A stretch of DNA of 64,000 nucleotides from Leucoraja ocellata. Lineage: Eukaryota. Numbering within the stretch: position 1 is the stretch's first letter; every line of letters starts with the position of its first letter. Where the stretch lies: NCBI GenBank assembly GCA_036785375.1, contig JAWMAR010001001.1, positions 62,001-126,000 of the forward strand, given 5' to 3'. Made by a program: the position numbers and the translations under genes. Below, one piece after another: positions 37,511-50,384 of the stretch. The notes under the pieces are model-generated. The model did no database searches and was not told the DNA's origin. It was given only the letters and a program-made list of their open reading frames with translations.

Positions 37511-37859
37511 AGTGAAATGTTAGTTTTACCACACTATGCAACGTTTCTTCAGTCAATTGTTTAGAGTTCCGGTTTTTAATGTAGTCTGATTTCACAAAAT
37601 AATTTAACACTGGATCATGTTCTTAAGAATCCTATAAATTCTAGGCATCATTTCCTTATTAATGCTACAGAATGTTATAACTGTAACGTGCTGATTTTTG
37701 ACTGAACTATATCCTTGTCTGTAAGCCAAAAAAATTGAAATAAACCTTACAAATTAAATTAATTGTGGAAGCATCATCCAAATTCAAGAGGTCAAAAAGT
37801 AATTGAATGGTTGGGAGCTGCAGTCACGGTTATACTGTAATAGTTATGGTGACTCTTTA

Positions 37860-38090
37860 GCCGACCGAGTTCTTTGTTGACCATCAAACACCCATTTTTA
37901 TGCTAATACTACCTTAACCCATTTTATATTCCCCACATTCTCCCCAGATTCTACCACTCAGATGAGAAGAAACCCATGAATTCACTGGGAGAGCGTGCAA
38001 GCTCCTTGGAGACAACACCAGGGGACAGGATTGAACCCGAGTCGCTGGAGCTGTGCGGCAGCAACTCTACTTGCAGCACCACTGCGCTGT
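37860..38090 (-). mobile_element. Degenerate V-SINE
   Basis: Minus-strand head CGCAGTGGTGCTGCAAGTAGAGTTGCTGCC...GGGTTCAATCCTG. Confidence 0.7.
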
Positions 38091-40879
38091 CTGAAAGTGT
38101 ATTTGCCGAGAATGTGGCAGAAACCTGTTTTCTAGACTTTGGGTCATTTTATTATAATAATCATTTGTTAAATTCATGTTAATGTTCTGTTGTCATGATA
38201 GTCAGAGGCATTCATGCTCGGAGTGCAAGATTTACATTACACTGGAGGAATAAGAGCAAGGCAAGAGATAATGAAAGGGTATTTTGTGGAAACGGACAGT
38301 ACACTCGATAAAGGCACAAACCGGCATTGATTTGTTAGCTGATAACATGAGTCACTGGGAGCAGGCTGCGGTCTCTCTCTCCAGGGATCTTCCCCATGAT
38401 CAAAGAGATCTATAACTCCACTTTCCCCGTCTGGAACACCTAATTCGTAATAATAACCAAATTATAAATGATTCAGCAAGCCATAATGATGCTGAAAGAG
38501 TACCCCCGACTTCTCACACAACTGAAACTGGGCAGAAATCTTTAACCGACTTTGACTAATATTCTTGCAACACTTATTTCTTCATTATTCTTGTTTTTGA
38601 CCTTTGTTTTCAGAGTGCAGAAAGGAGTTATCAGCCTTGGTTAAAGTGGATACCACTGGTCTCAAATCAGTATTCCTAACACAGGACTAGGCTGAGCAGT
38701 GCAAGTACCTTAAATTGCCCGAGAATAAGTAAATCATGGCTATTCCCTGGGTAGCAGACATTGACATGTAGAATGAGGTGGCTGACATTATTCACAATCT
38801 GCTGTCAGTGAATGAAATCCATTCCTGTTGATCAAATTGATAGCACTTTCACATACGGCCTTTTATCTTACAAAGAGGATCAAGCCATTCTGATTGCAGC
38901 CTAAGCTTAGATGGAGCCATGGGGAGATTCAATACAGATGTATGCATCAATTGGTCATAGGTCACATTCCCAATACACTGGCACTAAACTGATTTTACAA
39001 ATGGCTCCTACATTGCCAGATTAGTCAAGTTCTCCATTATCTGTACTTGGTCACACCTCTGCTCATCTAATACTTGATTTTCCAAAAGAGGAGAGTAAGT
39101 GGAAAGCCTCCATCTTTGGTCTACGCCACAAACTACATCCTGTTGGCTTCATCCCATTGACAACTCTCCAAAACTAAACAACACTGCTTGTAACATTGGC
39201 CAAAGTGTTCCTTTCTAATCTACTCTCTCCCTTTTCAGCCTTAGTTCAACTAGAAACAGGTCTTGAACATTCTGGAAGCTCAGCAAAAAACTATGGACAG
39301 CTAGATCTCATTGATTTCAACATGACAATAACAAAATATTCAAAGTTAGTGAGGATAAACTTTGGCCAGGATATCTGCCAGAAACCTATTCATCAAACCT
39401 GTTTCTTCGATGTGATGGTATGAGTATCACACTCTGAAGTCTAATGCTATTATGAACAAGGCCAGACTGGCTAAATTGGCAAGTTCAGCAAGGAAGTTGA
39501 AGACCTCAGCATCAACCACACAGAGGAATTTCTCAAATATGATAGAGGCTCTGTCAGCTAAGAGTACATAATGTCTACATTTAGTCTAGATTGTTTTACA
39601 GTACAGCCTAGGTCTTGCAAGGGTGAACTAATTGCACCAATCATCTGAATTTACTGCATCCAATTTGCGTGTGGCTCATCCGCATGAGAACTAGTTGTTA
39701 AATGGCTCCTGATATTTAATGCTTGTACTGATTGGTGGTGGTAATTTGGTTATTGTTCATGTGTGAAATACGAGGTCATGACATCAGTAACAAGTGGCAA
39801 TATGATGCATATAATAGCGAGATAAATATATTACAGTATATGTGTGGGCTGACATCGGGACTCACGAACACACCATCACTGCAGCACTGTTTATGCAGCC
39901 AGTTAAAGAACTGGTCGAATGGAAATCAACTAAAAATACACCATCCTCGGTTCAGCTTTTAAAAGCTGTTAGGTTTGTCTTGATCCTGCTGTCAGCCTTG
40001 TGAGATTCATGTGTTAAATCAATATATAATATCACAGGCAGGACACAGGGACTTAAGCAACAACCTGTACTTTGTGTAAAGCCACTTGAAGCTTTGCTGT
40101 GTTACAATATGATTTCAATGTATCATTTCAGATGTCTCACCATTTCAGCTTTGTCCCCAGTGAAGTACACTTTCATATTAGTGTGCATCCTCATTTTTCA
40201 GTTTTCAAATGCTTGTCGTGTATTTTTACTTGAGCAGTTAACAGAAACAATTTTTACCTCGTTAAATCTGGGTTTTTTTAAAAATGGAGTCTACTTCCAA
40301 TTAATTTGAATATATTTCAGTGAATGATTGAACAGTAAAGTTGATAATAATGATTCCATTTTATCAGCATATATTGCAGCTACTGTTCCGTGGAGTATGC
40401 ATTTTGGTGTTGATACATTTCAATAAAGAAGTCAGTGATAATGAAGTAACCACTAGTGCTGAACAGGCCAATTGTCACCTTGTTAAGTTATATAATCAGG
40501 TGAATGTTATTAATCAACAGCATCAGATTCAGTGAATTAATCAGCTGGATCGTTCATTCTGATTTTTTAAAGTAAGATTTCTAATACTCCGCAATAAACA
40601 GTAGTGCCTGATTTTTCACATCTATTTAATCAAATTAATGTGAAAGTAGAAAAATCATTCCATCAGTTTTGTGGACAATAAGAAAATCATGTCTCACTAC
40701 TGTCTCAGTTACCAGGACAGAAGAGCCCAAATGCATATGCGGCCATGATTGACAATGAGTGAGGAGATCGCGACACAGACAAACACGAACAGTGCTTTTT
40801 AAATATTCAAAACGATGCCAACAAGTTTTAGGTAATAAATAAAGATTCAAGGAGAGGGTAACCTTTGTATTTTTGCAAA

Positions 40880-41100
40880 ATGATTTGCATTTCTGCAGCC
40901 ACTTTCATGATCTCACGCCATTCCATATTGCTTTACGCTCAATGAAGTGCTTTAGAAGTGTAGTCCCTCATGTTATGTGAGAAACACAGCAACCAATTTG
41001 CACACAAACAGCAATATGAAAATTACCAGTTAACCTTTGGTGATATTTGATTGAAGCGTAAATACTGGTTTAGGCACCTGGGATAACTTCACTGCTCTCG
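40880..41100 (-). mobile_element. Deu-domain SINE (SacSINE1/AmnSINE-like), degenerate
   Basis: AATGAAGTGCTTTAGAAGTGTAGTC...GCAACCAATTTGCACACAAACAGCAAT resembles the recalled DeuSINE reverse consensus. Confidence 0.65.
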
Positions 41101-41329
41101 ATAAACTCACCCTGATATGAATGTTTCTGTCAATTGCTTGTTAGAAATGGATCAGTGCAAGTACTTAATCCCAGCCAGAACTGTCGATAACATTGTTTGA
41201 TATTGATAATAAAATGGTGCCTGCCTTTGCTCAGCCAGCAGCACTTTCACTTTGGAGTCAGAATATTGAAAGGGCAACCCCACTCCAGAGATTGTACTGC
41301 TGAAAGACTGTTTTTTTTTTCCAGAGATT

Positions 41330-41500
41330 TTAAACGTTTGCTCTACTTGAAGAACAGGGAGGACTTTCCAGTGTTCCAGTTAAGATTTATCCCTCAACCA
41401 ATATGAATGAAACAGATTATCTGGTCATTTATAATCACTGCTGTCTGTAGGATCATGCTCCATGCAAATTAGCCATTGTGCTCCCTTCTCTGCGATGATG
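41330..41500 (+). mobile_element. Deu-domain SINE fragment
   Basis: ATTTATCCCTCAACCAA...AAACAGATTATCTGGTCATT...TGCAAATTAGC; inverted relative to 40880-41100. Confidence 0.65.
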
Positions 41501-43404
41501 AATGCAATTCCAAAGCACCATGTTGGCTGCACAGTGTCAAACGTTGTCATATCAGCTCCATGGTCCATAGTTCGCCATGCTCTCGACGTGCCACAGGCAC
41601 CGGAGGCCCTGCAGCAGCTTGGGGCTCAGACCGACGAGCCTTTGCTGTGTCCCACCCACAGGCCCGGCTCGCCCACCACGGAACTGCGAACCCGCCTGGG
41701 GAGGGAAGGCCTCCAATCCCGGCCTCTGACCTGATGACCTTACGTGCAAACCCCCCCCTATAAAAAGCAGAAATAAGTCACCTTTCATTTTTGCTGCCCC
41801 TCACTTTAAGGGAGGACAGACTAAAGATTCACATTACTCCCCCCTTGATGAGCCTAGCAATAAATTTAGTCAGAATTGCTCCTACATAGGAAGAGAGATA
41901 AATTGGGAATGCAGAGCAGGACAACACGTTTTGTGCAAGGGAATGCCACATAAAATTCAAGTGAATATGAGACGTGACTCCTGAGTCAAGAGTGCTTTAT
42001 TGTCATATGTCCCAGATAGAACAATGAAATTCTTACTTGCTGCAGCACAACAGAATATGTAAACATAGTACACTGTAAAAAATATGACAAACACGAGAGA
42101 TAATGGAAATAAAGCATTGTTCGCAGAACTAGCACGCACAATGGCCTTTCCTACTGCATTGAAACTGGGGGAAATGAGATCGACTCGAGGTCATGGATTG
42201 TGTATTGTTCAGAAAGAGGCAGCATTGGAGGGTTGGGACATTGGCAGAATGTGCATTGGGATCTCAAGGTTTGGGTCATGATTACACAGAAATTATGCTT
42301 GGCTTCTGAGTGGAGGTGTCAGGGTCTTGATCATATAGAGTTGCTAGAAGGTCACGTGATAGGAGCAGAATTAGGCCATTCAGCCCATCAAGTCTACTCC
42401 GCTGTTCAATCATGGCTGATCTATCTCTCCTCCCTCACCCCTGTCTCCTTCCTTCTCCCCATAACCCCCGACTTCCGAGGTGAGACAAAGGATTGCAGTT
42501 AGATCAAGGTATGTTTGTTGGCAGAGGAGGATAGTGAGTGTCTGATCAGAATCTAAGGTGATGGATATAGCTTTCACTTTGAGAACACTTTCTTGCAGCT
42601 GACTAAAAGCAGCAGAACATGGTCAAGGAAATCACTTTTAATTCATGAAAAAGCAGACCACATTATTCAAATTTTTTCTAAAATAAATGATTGACACTAG
42701 TTTTCCGATAACCTTTTACCATGTACTGCGCTTAAACATTGCATTGCATTCCAGGTCTTTACCTTATCAGTACCAACGTCAGCTCAAAGTTTAATTTAAC
42801 ACTGACATGTTTGTGGATCACCTTGGAGATTAGAAATTGCAATGTCCTATTTTAATTGTATCAAAGCAGCTCATTGTATCTCATTAGCGTCCTCATGAGA
42901 GCTTTGTGTACATGATTCTAACACCTCAATCTACAATGAAAACCATTGTTCTCTTACCATATGCTGATCTGATACTGGTAACTGCTGGATTCTTCAATTA
43001 CAAACCATTATAAAACGACTGTGTTTGCCTTTTTAAAGCTTTTAATAAGTATCAGTTGGGGAAAAAAGATTATGAATGACATAGGTGGGAATTATTTCAC
43101 ATTTTTTCCAAAATATACACAAGCAGAAAATATCAAATGAATCAACCATTATTGTGCAAATGTAGATGTTTTGCCTTCATCTGACATTACACTAGAGGTG
43201 CCACAAGTATGGTAGAATTAAATGATTATTTTAGGTATAAGTAGAGCTCTGCCACTAAATTGATAAGATGCAACAAGGAATCCACAGAACATTTTTTATA
43301 GATACAAAAAAATAATAAAAACCTCTGAAGAATTCCCTTTAAGAGCTTTAAGAATTAAGCTATTTAAGTTCCCTTTAAGAATTCCCAAAAGAGCAATGTG
43401 TAAC

Positions 43405-43610
43405 AAGGAACGTGCAGATGTTGGTTTAAACCAAAGATAGACACAAAAAACTGGAGTAACTCAGCGGGAGAGGCAGCATCTCTGGAGAGAAGGAATGGGT
43501 GACGTTTCGGGTGTCTGAAGAAGGATCTCGACCCGAAACGTCACCCATTCCTTGTCTCCAGAGATGCTGCCTGTCCCGCTGTGTTACTCCAGCTTTTTGC
43601 GTCTATCTTC
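43405..43610. mobile_element. Palindromic Penelope-end element with hammerhead core
   Basis: Near-perfect inverted arms; CTGAAGAAGGATCTCGACCCGAAACGTC. Confidence 0.85.
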
Positions 43611-43625
43611 CCTTTATTCTAAGGA

Positions 43626-44062
43626 TTTTTTTTTTGTTTTTTTTAATTTATTTATTTTTATTAGTACAGTAAATTACAGTAATACACATCACATATATCT
43701 TATTACATTTGTTGTACCACTTCATTTCTCGAGCTTTAAAAAAGGTAGAAATAAAAGTAGTAAGGAAAGTGAGCAAGTGTCGTGAAGGTGCAGGAAAGTG
43801 TTCGGAAAAGAAAGCCCCTTAGAGAAGAAGTTAGAGAAGGAAGTAAAGAAAGGAAATAGACCCTAGAAAGAGAAGAAAAAGGAGAAACAATTGCTCTATT
43901 ATAACACAAACCTCCGCAGAAAAGGATATACCAACCGTATTTTTTTTTTTACCCCCCATTACCAGATCCTGGTACCATTTATTTTTTAAATTACCATTGC
44001 ACCTTATGCTTGTAATAGTTCCATAAATGCAGACCACGTCTTTTGGAAGTGGTCTGCTTTGC
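43626..44062 (-). mobile_element. L1/Tx1-like LINE 3' end with poly(A) tail
   Basis: Minus frame KADHFQKTWSAFMELLQA* (L1-type F.K.W..F C-terminus), 3' UTR, AATAAA and poly(A); flanked by direct repeats of about 90 bp. Confidence 0.75.
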
Positions 44063-45077
44063 TGAAACGTCACCCATTCCTTGTCTCCAGAGATGCTGCC
44101 TGTCCCGCTGTGTTAATCCAGCTCTTTGCGTCTATCTTCCCTATATTCTAGGGTTTAATGATATCTTTTAAGGCAGAGCAACATTAGAATCATCAAAACA
44201 TCAACATGCTGAAAGAACTTGGACAGGGTTATATTTTTTTAATCAAATCTGAAAGATTAAAATGTCTTAAATGTACTTTTTTTGCCATTTTAACCAAATG
44301 CATAATTTGAAGCTTCCACACTATGGTAAAAAAAATCTTCAGGCTAAAAAGTAGTGTAAACTGGTTACTGTTGGGAGGCCCAAAAGAGCAGTGTGCTACC
44401 ACAATCAAAATCAACAAGATCTTATGCGACTGAGTCAGTTACTTATGTAACTATCACCATCATTGACTAAGTCAGAATCAGTTAAGCCTGGAATGGGTTT
44501 GAGAGAAAAAAAAACAAAGTGTTGGAGGTACCAAATGAGTCAGGCAACATCTGTGGTGGGAATGGACAGGTGACAGTTCAGGCCAGAACCATTCTTCAGA
44601 CTGAATGTCATATGGTGAATTTTAGCAGGTTGACGAAGGATCCTGATTCAAAATGTCATCTGTCCATTCCCTCAACAAATGCTGCCTTACACACTGAGTT
44701 CCATCAGCGCTTTAAGTTTTGCGCAAGATTCCAGCATCTGTAGTTTTTCTGTCTCCATGCTTTTGAAATAGATGGAGGAGAGCGAGGATAGTTGGACCTG
44801 AAGTCGGAGAGAGGAGGACAGTTTCAAAGGCATAAAGGAAGAGAAAGTAGTGAATGGAAGGAATATTGAGAGAAGGGACTGTGATAAACATATCAACGAA
44901 ACAGAGTTAAAGGGTGAGGACATCAAGAGTCAAACAGGTGATTAGATTTTGAGGGTATTAGATTATCGATTATGGCTCTGAATGACATTGGCAGCAGGTA
45001 TTGGTTTGGAGTGAACAGTTGACAAATTAGGACCTACTGATATAAATCTTCACTTGCCTTGGACAACAAATACAATG

Positions 45078-45380
45078 GGCAGTCACGGTGGCGCAGCGGT
45101 AGAGTTGCTGCCTTACACCGAATGCAGCGCCGGAGACCCGGGTTCAATCCCGATTACGAAGTTTACATTCACCCCGTTACCTGTGTGGGTTTTCTCCGAA
45201 ATCTTCGGTTTCTTCCCACACTCCAAAGACGTACAGTTTTGTACGTTACTTGACTTTGTAAATGTAAAAATTGTACCTGGTGGGTGTAGGATAGTGTTAA
45301 TGTGCAGGGATCGCTGGTTGGCATGGACCCGGTGGGCTGAAGGGCCAGTTTCCATGCTGTATCTCTAACCTAAACTAAAC
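45078..45380 (+). mobile_element. tRNA-derived V-SINE (HE1-like)
   Basis: CACGGTGGCGCAGCGGTAGAG A box, GGGTTCAATCCC B box, V-domain, AAACTAAAC tail. Confidence 0.92.
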
Positions 45381-45989
45381 GGCATTTCTCCCTCCCATTA
45401 CAGATATCAGATTTTTCCTCTTTAAATTCAATTAAAAATCTACCACCGTTAATATTTATAAAAGGAGCAGAAACAGAGTTCAGAGAATTTGTAATGCTGA
45501 CATTATTTTTGATAACATGCAATTTTTCAGTCTTCCCAAAGTGCTAAAAAAATGAATATTTTCTACTGTGCATGAAAATACATTTTCAGAACTCCCTGAA
45601 GGTTCACTTGGTTAAAAGTTGAGTAGATGAATGCCATAGACAAGGAATATTTCTACATCATTTGGAGCCTCCAACTGGTTTCACTGATTTTAGTGAAGCT
45701 GGCATGAATGCCTCTGAGCTACTGAACAGAAAACAACTGTCGCGCCCACTCATTACCATCCTGTTGCTTGCAGAGAACAGATAATAAGTAAGGATAGCCT
45801 TTCTCCTATCATCAGGTAGCTGCACTTCACCGAAGGAGTCTGGTTCAAATATGGGTCTCAAGAGTGATTCATTATGGGGCAATGACTCAGTGCTGCATGG
45901 CACTGGCATTACTAGTAAATGTGCTATATTGGCTTGCAGTTTAATGGAAGTCAGTCCCATATAGATCAGAGTGCAATGCAAAAAAGGGG

Positions 45990-46525
45990 AAGGATGAGAC
46001 CCCACAAACCTGTCTATATCGACGGGACAATGGTGGAGAGAGTCAATAGCTTAAAGTCACTGGGTGTGCATATTTCTGAAGATCTTTCCTGGACTAAGCA
46101 CACTGATGCGATTATAAAGAAAGCCCATCAATGCCCTACTTCCTGAGAAGATTACGGAGATTAGGTATGTCAGAGAAGATTCTCTTGAACGTCTACAGGT
46201 GTACAGTAGAGAACATATTGAATGGTTGCATTACAGCCTAGTTCAGCAACTTGAATGCCCAGGAGCGAAGGAGACTGCAAAAAGTTGTGAACACTGCCCA
46301 CATCACAGCCCCACATCACCCTGGCCACACAGTCATTTCACCCCTGGCATTGGGTAGAAGGTACAGGAGCCTGAAAACTGTAATGTTCAGGTACAGGTTC
46401 CTTCCCTACAGCCATTAGTCTATTAAACAGTACAATCTCCAAATAAGCTCTGAACTACACAGTTATTATTATACTGTTATTTTTGTTTGTTTTTTATGTG
46501 TACATAAAATGTGTATAGGTTTAGT
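45990..46525 (+). mobile_element. Rex1/Babar LINE 3' fragment (tail continues at about 47300-47490, after the Helitron)
   Basis: VERVNSLKSLGVHISEDLSWTKHTDAIIKKAHQ frame; tail GAATTTCATT...ATGACAATAAAACACTCTTGACTC downstream. Confidence 0.85.
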
Positions 46526-46529
46526 AATA

Positions 46530-47281
46530 TATATATATTACTAAAACTTTCATCTTGTTTGTTTGTCCGTATATATGCGTGCGTGTGGTGAGTTTCGGAA
46601 ACGCCGCCAAAACGGTACAAGACAGCTCTACAATTTTTTGCCCACCTTACTCATCATTGTCCTGCGGTGTGCAGTACCAAGTTTTGTTCAGGTTGATGTT
46701 ATAGTTTCCAAGGTATTGACATTTAAAACTTTACAGAAAACACTTTTCAAACCACTTTTCCACTTGCCCTGCCATCAGCCGCATTCGACATCACAATGAC
46801 GTCACAACGGGACTCCAAATTTCATTTAAAAAAATCACCATGTTTTTTTTTGCTTGGCCTAACAACGGGGACCCAATGGCTCCACGGGTATTTAAAACAT
46901 AAAATAACTTAAAACAGCGCCCCCATCCGCACATGCACAGTTGGGGGAGGGTACCCCTGTGCCTCACAACAGTGACCTCTGGCGTCGCAACGGGACCCCC
47001 TCAACCGCACCTGCGCAGTTGGGCCCTTTCCAGATTTTCAGATCGCCATCCTTTTTCCCCTTTGCCTGTACTTGCCTGGCCTCACAACAGGGACACAACG
47101 GTTCAACGGGTAAGTTTCCTACTATTTTACAAACGCCTCCATGGGTCCTCTCTTCAATTTATTAACTTTAACTTAATTTCAGCCGATAATGGCACAACTT
47201 TTAACGCAGCAGCCGCGCATGCACAGTTTGGTGGAATATTGCGTTGGAGGAGCGGGCCTAACGAGTCCGCGCTTGGTCTAG
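46530..47281 (+). mobile_element. Second non-autonomous Helitron
   Basis: Shares 5' TATATTACTAAAA and subterminal GGTGGAATATTGCGTTGG with 30636-33958; imperfect GC hairpin then GTCTAG|T. Confidence 0.75.
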
Positions 47282-49189
47282 TATATATATACACACACTA
47301 AATTTTTTTTCTTGTTTATTATATCGTTTACAGTGTACTATGTTTACATATTCATACCAAGCAAGTAAGAATTTCATTATTCTATATCGGACATATGACA
47401 ATAAAACACTCTTGACTCTCTTGACTAAGCTTTTCACTGTACCTCGGTACACTTGACAATAAACTAAATTGATCTGACTCTTGACTCTTGAGTATGTAAA
47501 CACTGAATTTTCAAATTTCAGGTAATCCCCATCCCTGGTGTTCTTCTGCCACACACACATTCACGTCCATTCAGTTTTCTTCTCCCCTTGTTTATCTTTC
47601 TCATCCACTCTCTCAAATCCTTACCCAACCTAGTTCCATCTCCCATTATACTCCCCATCTGGTTCTTCTATACCTACCAGCTTCTGTCCCACCTCTTCCT
47701 CATACCGCTATATATTATCTTTCATCTCCCTTCTCTGTCCTGATGCAAGATATAGATCCAAAACAGCGAAGTACAACTTTTGCCTCAGCAAATGCTAATT
47801 TTTTTCTACTGAATTATTCCAACATTCTGTGTTTGGTTTGTGATTCTTTCATCTGCAATCTCTCTTTTGTCTTCGTAAGACTCAAATATTCGCTATCTTA
47901 GACCAAAGTAGATGAAGGTTTGGAGGAAATGTACATCTAATGAAACATCAGCAGCGACAAGGCTGTGTCTAGTTCTTTTCCACAATACTGACATTGACAA
48001 GACAAACATATATACTTTTAAAAATCCTTTAGAATAAACTAGAACTAATTCACATTTGTGGGAGATTAAAACTAATTCTTTTGATGAAATTTATGAATTT
48101 TACTGAGAAAGTCCACTTTAGGGAGTAAATCATTTCTATTCTTTGAATCAATGAAAGTGTTGCATAAATCAAATCACAACAGTACAAGTCAAATGCTGTC
48201 GCCCAGCATTATTCCTGAACCCCTAACCTTGGAAACATTCCTGGTGAACTAGTTTAGCATGTTACATTAATCATACCAAGCTGTCCTGTAGTGTCTTAGA
48301 ATGAACTGAATACCAATTAGTACTAAATTATGGATAGTGATATGCTGCAGCCCACACCTGATGGACCAGGGTTAGCAATGCCTTTCACTCAGTACAATTA
48401 TCAGAAAAATCAAGTGTTATTTCGCACCACTAGTGTAGAGTAGACATAAATCTGCATTGCACAAGTGAAAGGATCGTATCTCAACCTGCAGAATATATTG
48501 CCCTATCTCTCCGCTATCTTGTTTGTACTGTTCTTTCAGTTCAAAATTCGATGAACCTTAATTGTTCCCAGTAAAATATTGGTTCAAACTTCAGCTCAAG
48601 ATAAAATCTGCCGTTGATATTGCTCCTTGCATCATCAACATTTGGGAGTGCACAAAAAGCTATTGAACTTGATTCAGAATTAAGGATTGCTCTTCATTTA
48701 TTTAGTTCGCTTGAAATTATTATTTTTTAACATGTACAAGTTTCTTATTTTCCAGTCAATTTCTGGGGGCTAAAATTGGGTTGATTCCATAAATAAATCA
48801 GGTTATGGGTCTTCATCAGAGACGACGACCACTGAACCTCCACTTGTTGAAGTACGGATGTATTTTTGACAGGGGATGATTAAGACAGTGCTCATCCAGA
48901 ATGAATGTTGTCAATTTCAGTAATTGTAAAGGCTGCTGGAATGAATCAAGGTTTGCTCAGCAACAGAAGTGAAGGGTCGAAACCTGAAGCACTATTTAAA
49001 GTACTGCTACTCAAAGTGCTAAGTACATAAAATAAATCCTACCAGCTGGCGCAACGGAACAGGCCACGAGTGCCTGACGACTGTTCCTTTTACTGTTGCT
49101 GCTCCAGTACTGGCGCGTGCCAAACATGTGCCACTCCTACCTAAATGAGGAAATCTGCCCCTAGCATCAGATAGCCCGACGCAATACAA

Positions 49190-49850
49190 AATAGAATATG
49201 CTGGAAATACACAGGTCAGGCCGCATCTGTGGTAGGGAAGAAACAGAGCTAACATTTCAGGTTGAAGACCACTGGGAGGAGATAAAAGAAGCTTGTTAAG
49301 CTGCAGGGAGGGTGGGTGAGGGGAAGAGAGTGAGAACATAGACAAAAGAATGTAGGAGTTGTAAAATGTAACGTGTAATGATGTGCCAGCCTGGACATGT
49401 CCTCCAGTTACAGAGAAAAAAACCCAATTGCAAGCTGAGCCAATATCACAGCTGTACAACTGACAAAAGCAGAAATCCAATTACCTTAAGTTGTAGAATT
49501 CAATATTAGATCTAGAAACCAGCACTGTGCCCAGAACGAAGATGAGGTGCTGCTCCTTAAGCTTGCAACAGCCACCATTGCAACAGTGCAGGAAGCTATT
49601 TGGTACTGGACCAGATAACCATGTTTATAGTCTATAGTTGTAGTCATCCCAGTTTTGCCCTACCACAGATATCCTCCATCTCCCAACCTCATTGCAGAGT
49701 AACGTTCTTCTTTCTCTCCTTCCCAGTTCCGACAAAGAGTTCTCCAACTGAAACGTTAAATCTGTTTCTCTTCCCACAAATGCGGCCCGACCTGCTGCAT
49801 ATTTACAACATTCTCTGTTTTTATTTCAGCTTTCCAAAATCTGCAGTTCT
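49190..49850. mobile_element. Old inverted Penelope fragments
   Basis: Minus-strand E..HLIF.LG-like remnant (GAAGATGAGGTGCTGCTCC) between inverted pLTR-like arms. Confidence 0.6.
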
Positions 49851-50384
49851 GTTGATTTATTCTGACAGGGTTGCTGGCACAGTTCTGTTGATGGAACAAG
49901 CCAGAGGAATGTTCCCCTGCATGTAACAAATCATTAATTTGAAATGTTTTTAACGTACCACAACCACTGTTACTCTCCAGATTCAATGTGATAATGCTCT
50001 CTTTTTTTCTTTGTCATTTAAAAGTCTGCTTTCCAAAGTCAAAGTTCCTTGTATGTAGTGCTGTTTTTGCACAAATCTGAATAATGCAAGAATCCCATCA
50101 AAAAACGCAAATGGAAGCCAACCTATCAATCACTGTCAGCTGGGATTACTTATTTTGGCAAGGCACGCTACATTGTACTATAAAATATGCACAGCTAAAA
50201 TTCATGTTGATGGCCCCAACCAATAAAGCATTGTGGCACCTATTTTTAATGCCATAAGTACATTTGAAATATCATAGTCATAGATAGTTCTCAATTTTGC
50301 ACTTTATTGATAAATTAATCTCAACCTCTACATTAAAAAAAAATAGGTTGGCAACAAGCTTTAGAATTCTTGCTTAGTTTAGAA

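Noticed and set aside
45078-45160. tRNA gene (also the heads near 7400, 15150 and 36980)
   Set aside because: A/B boxes run straight into the V-domain and CR1-like tail, so these are SINE heads rather than cloverleaf tRNAs
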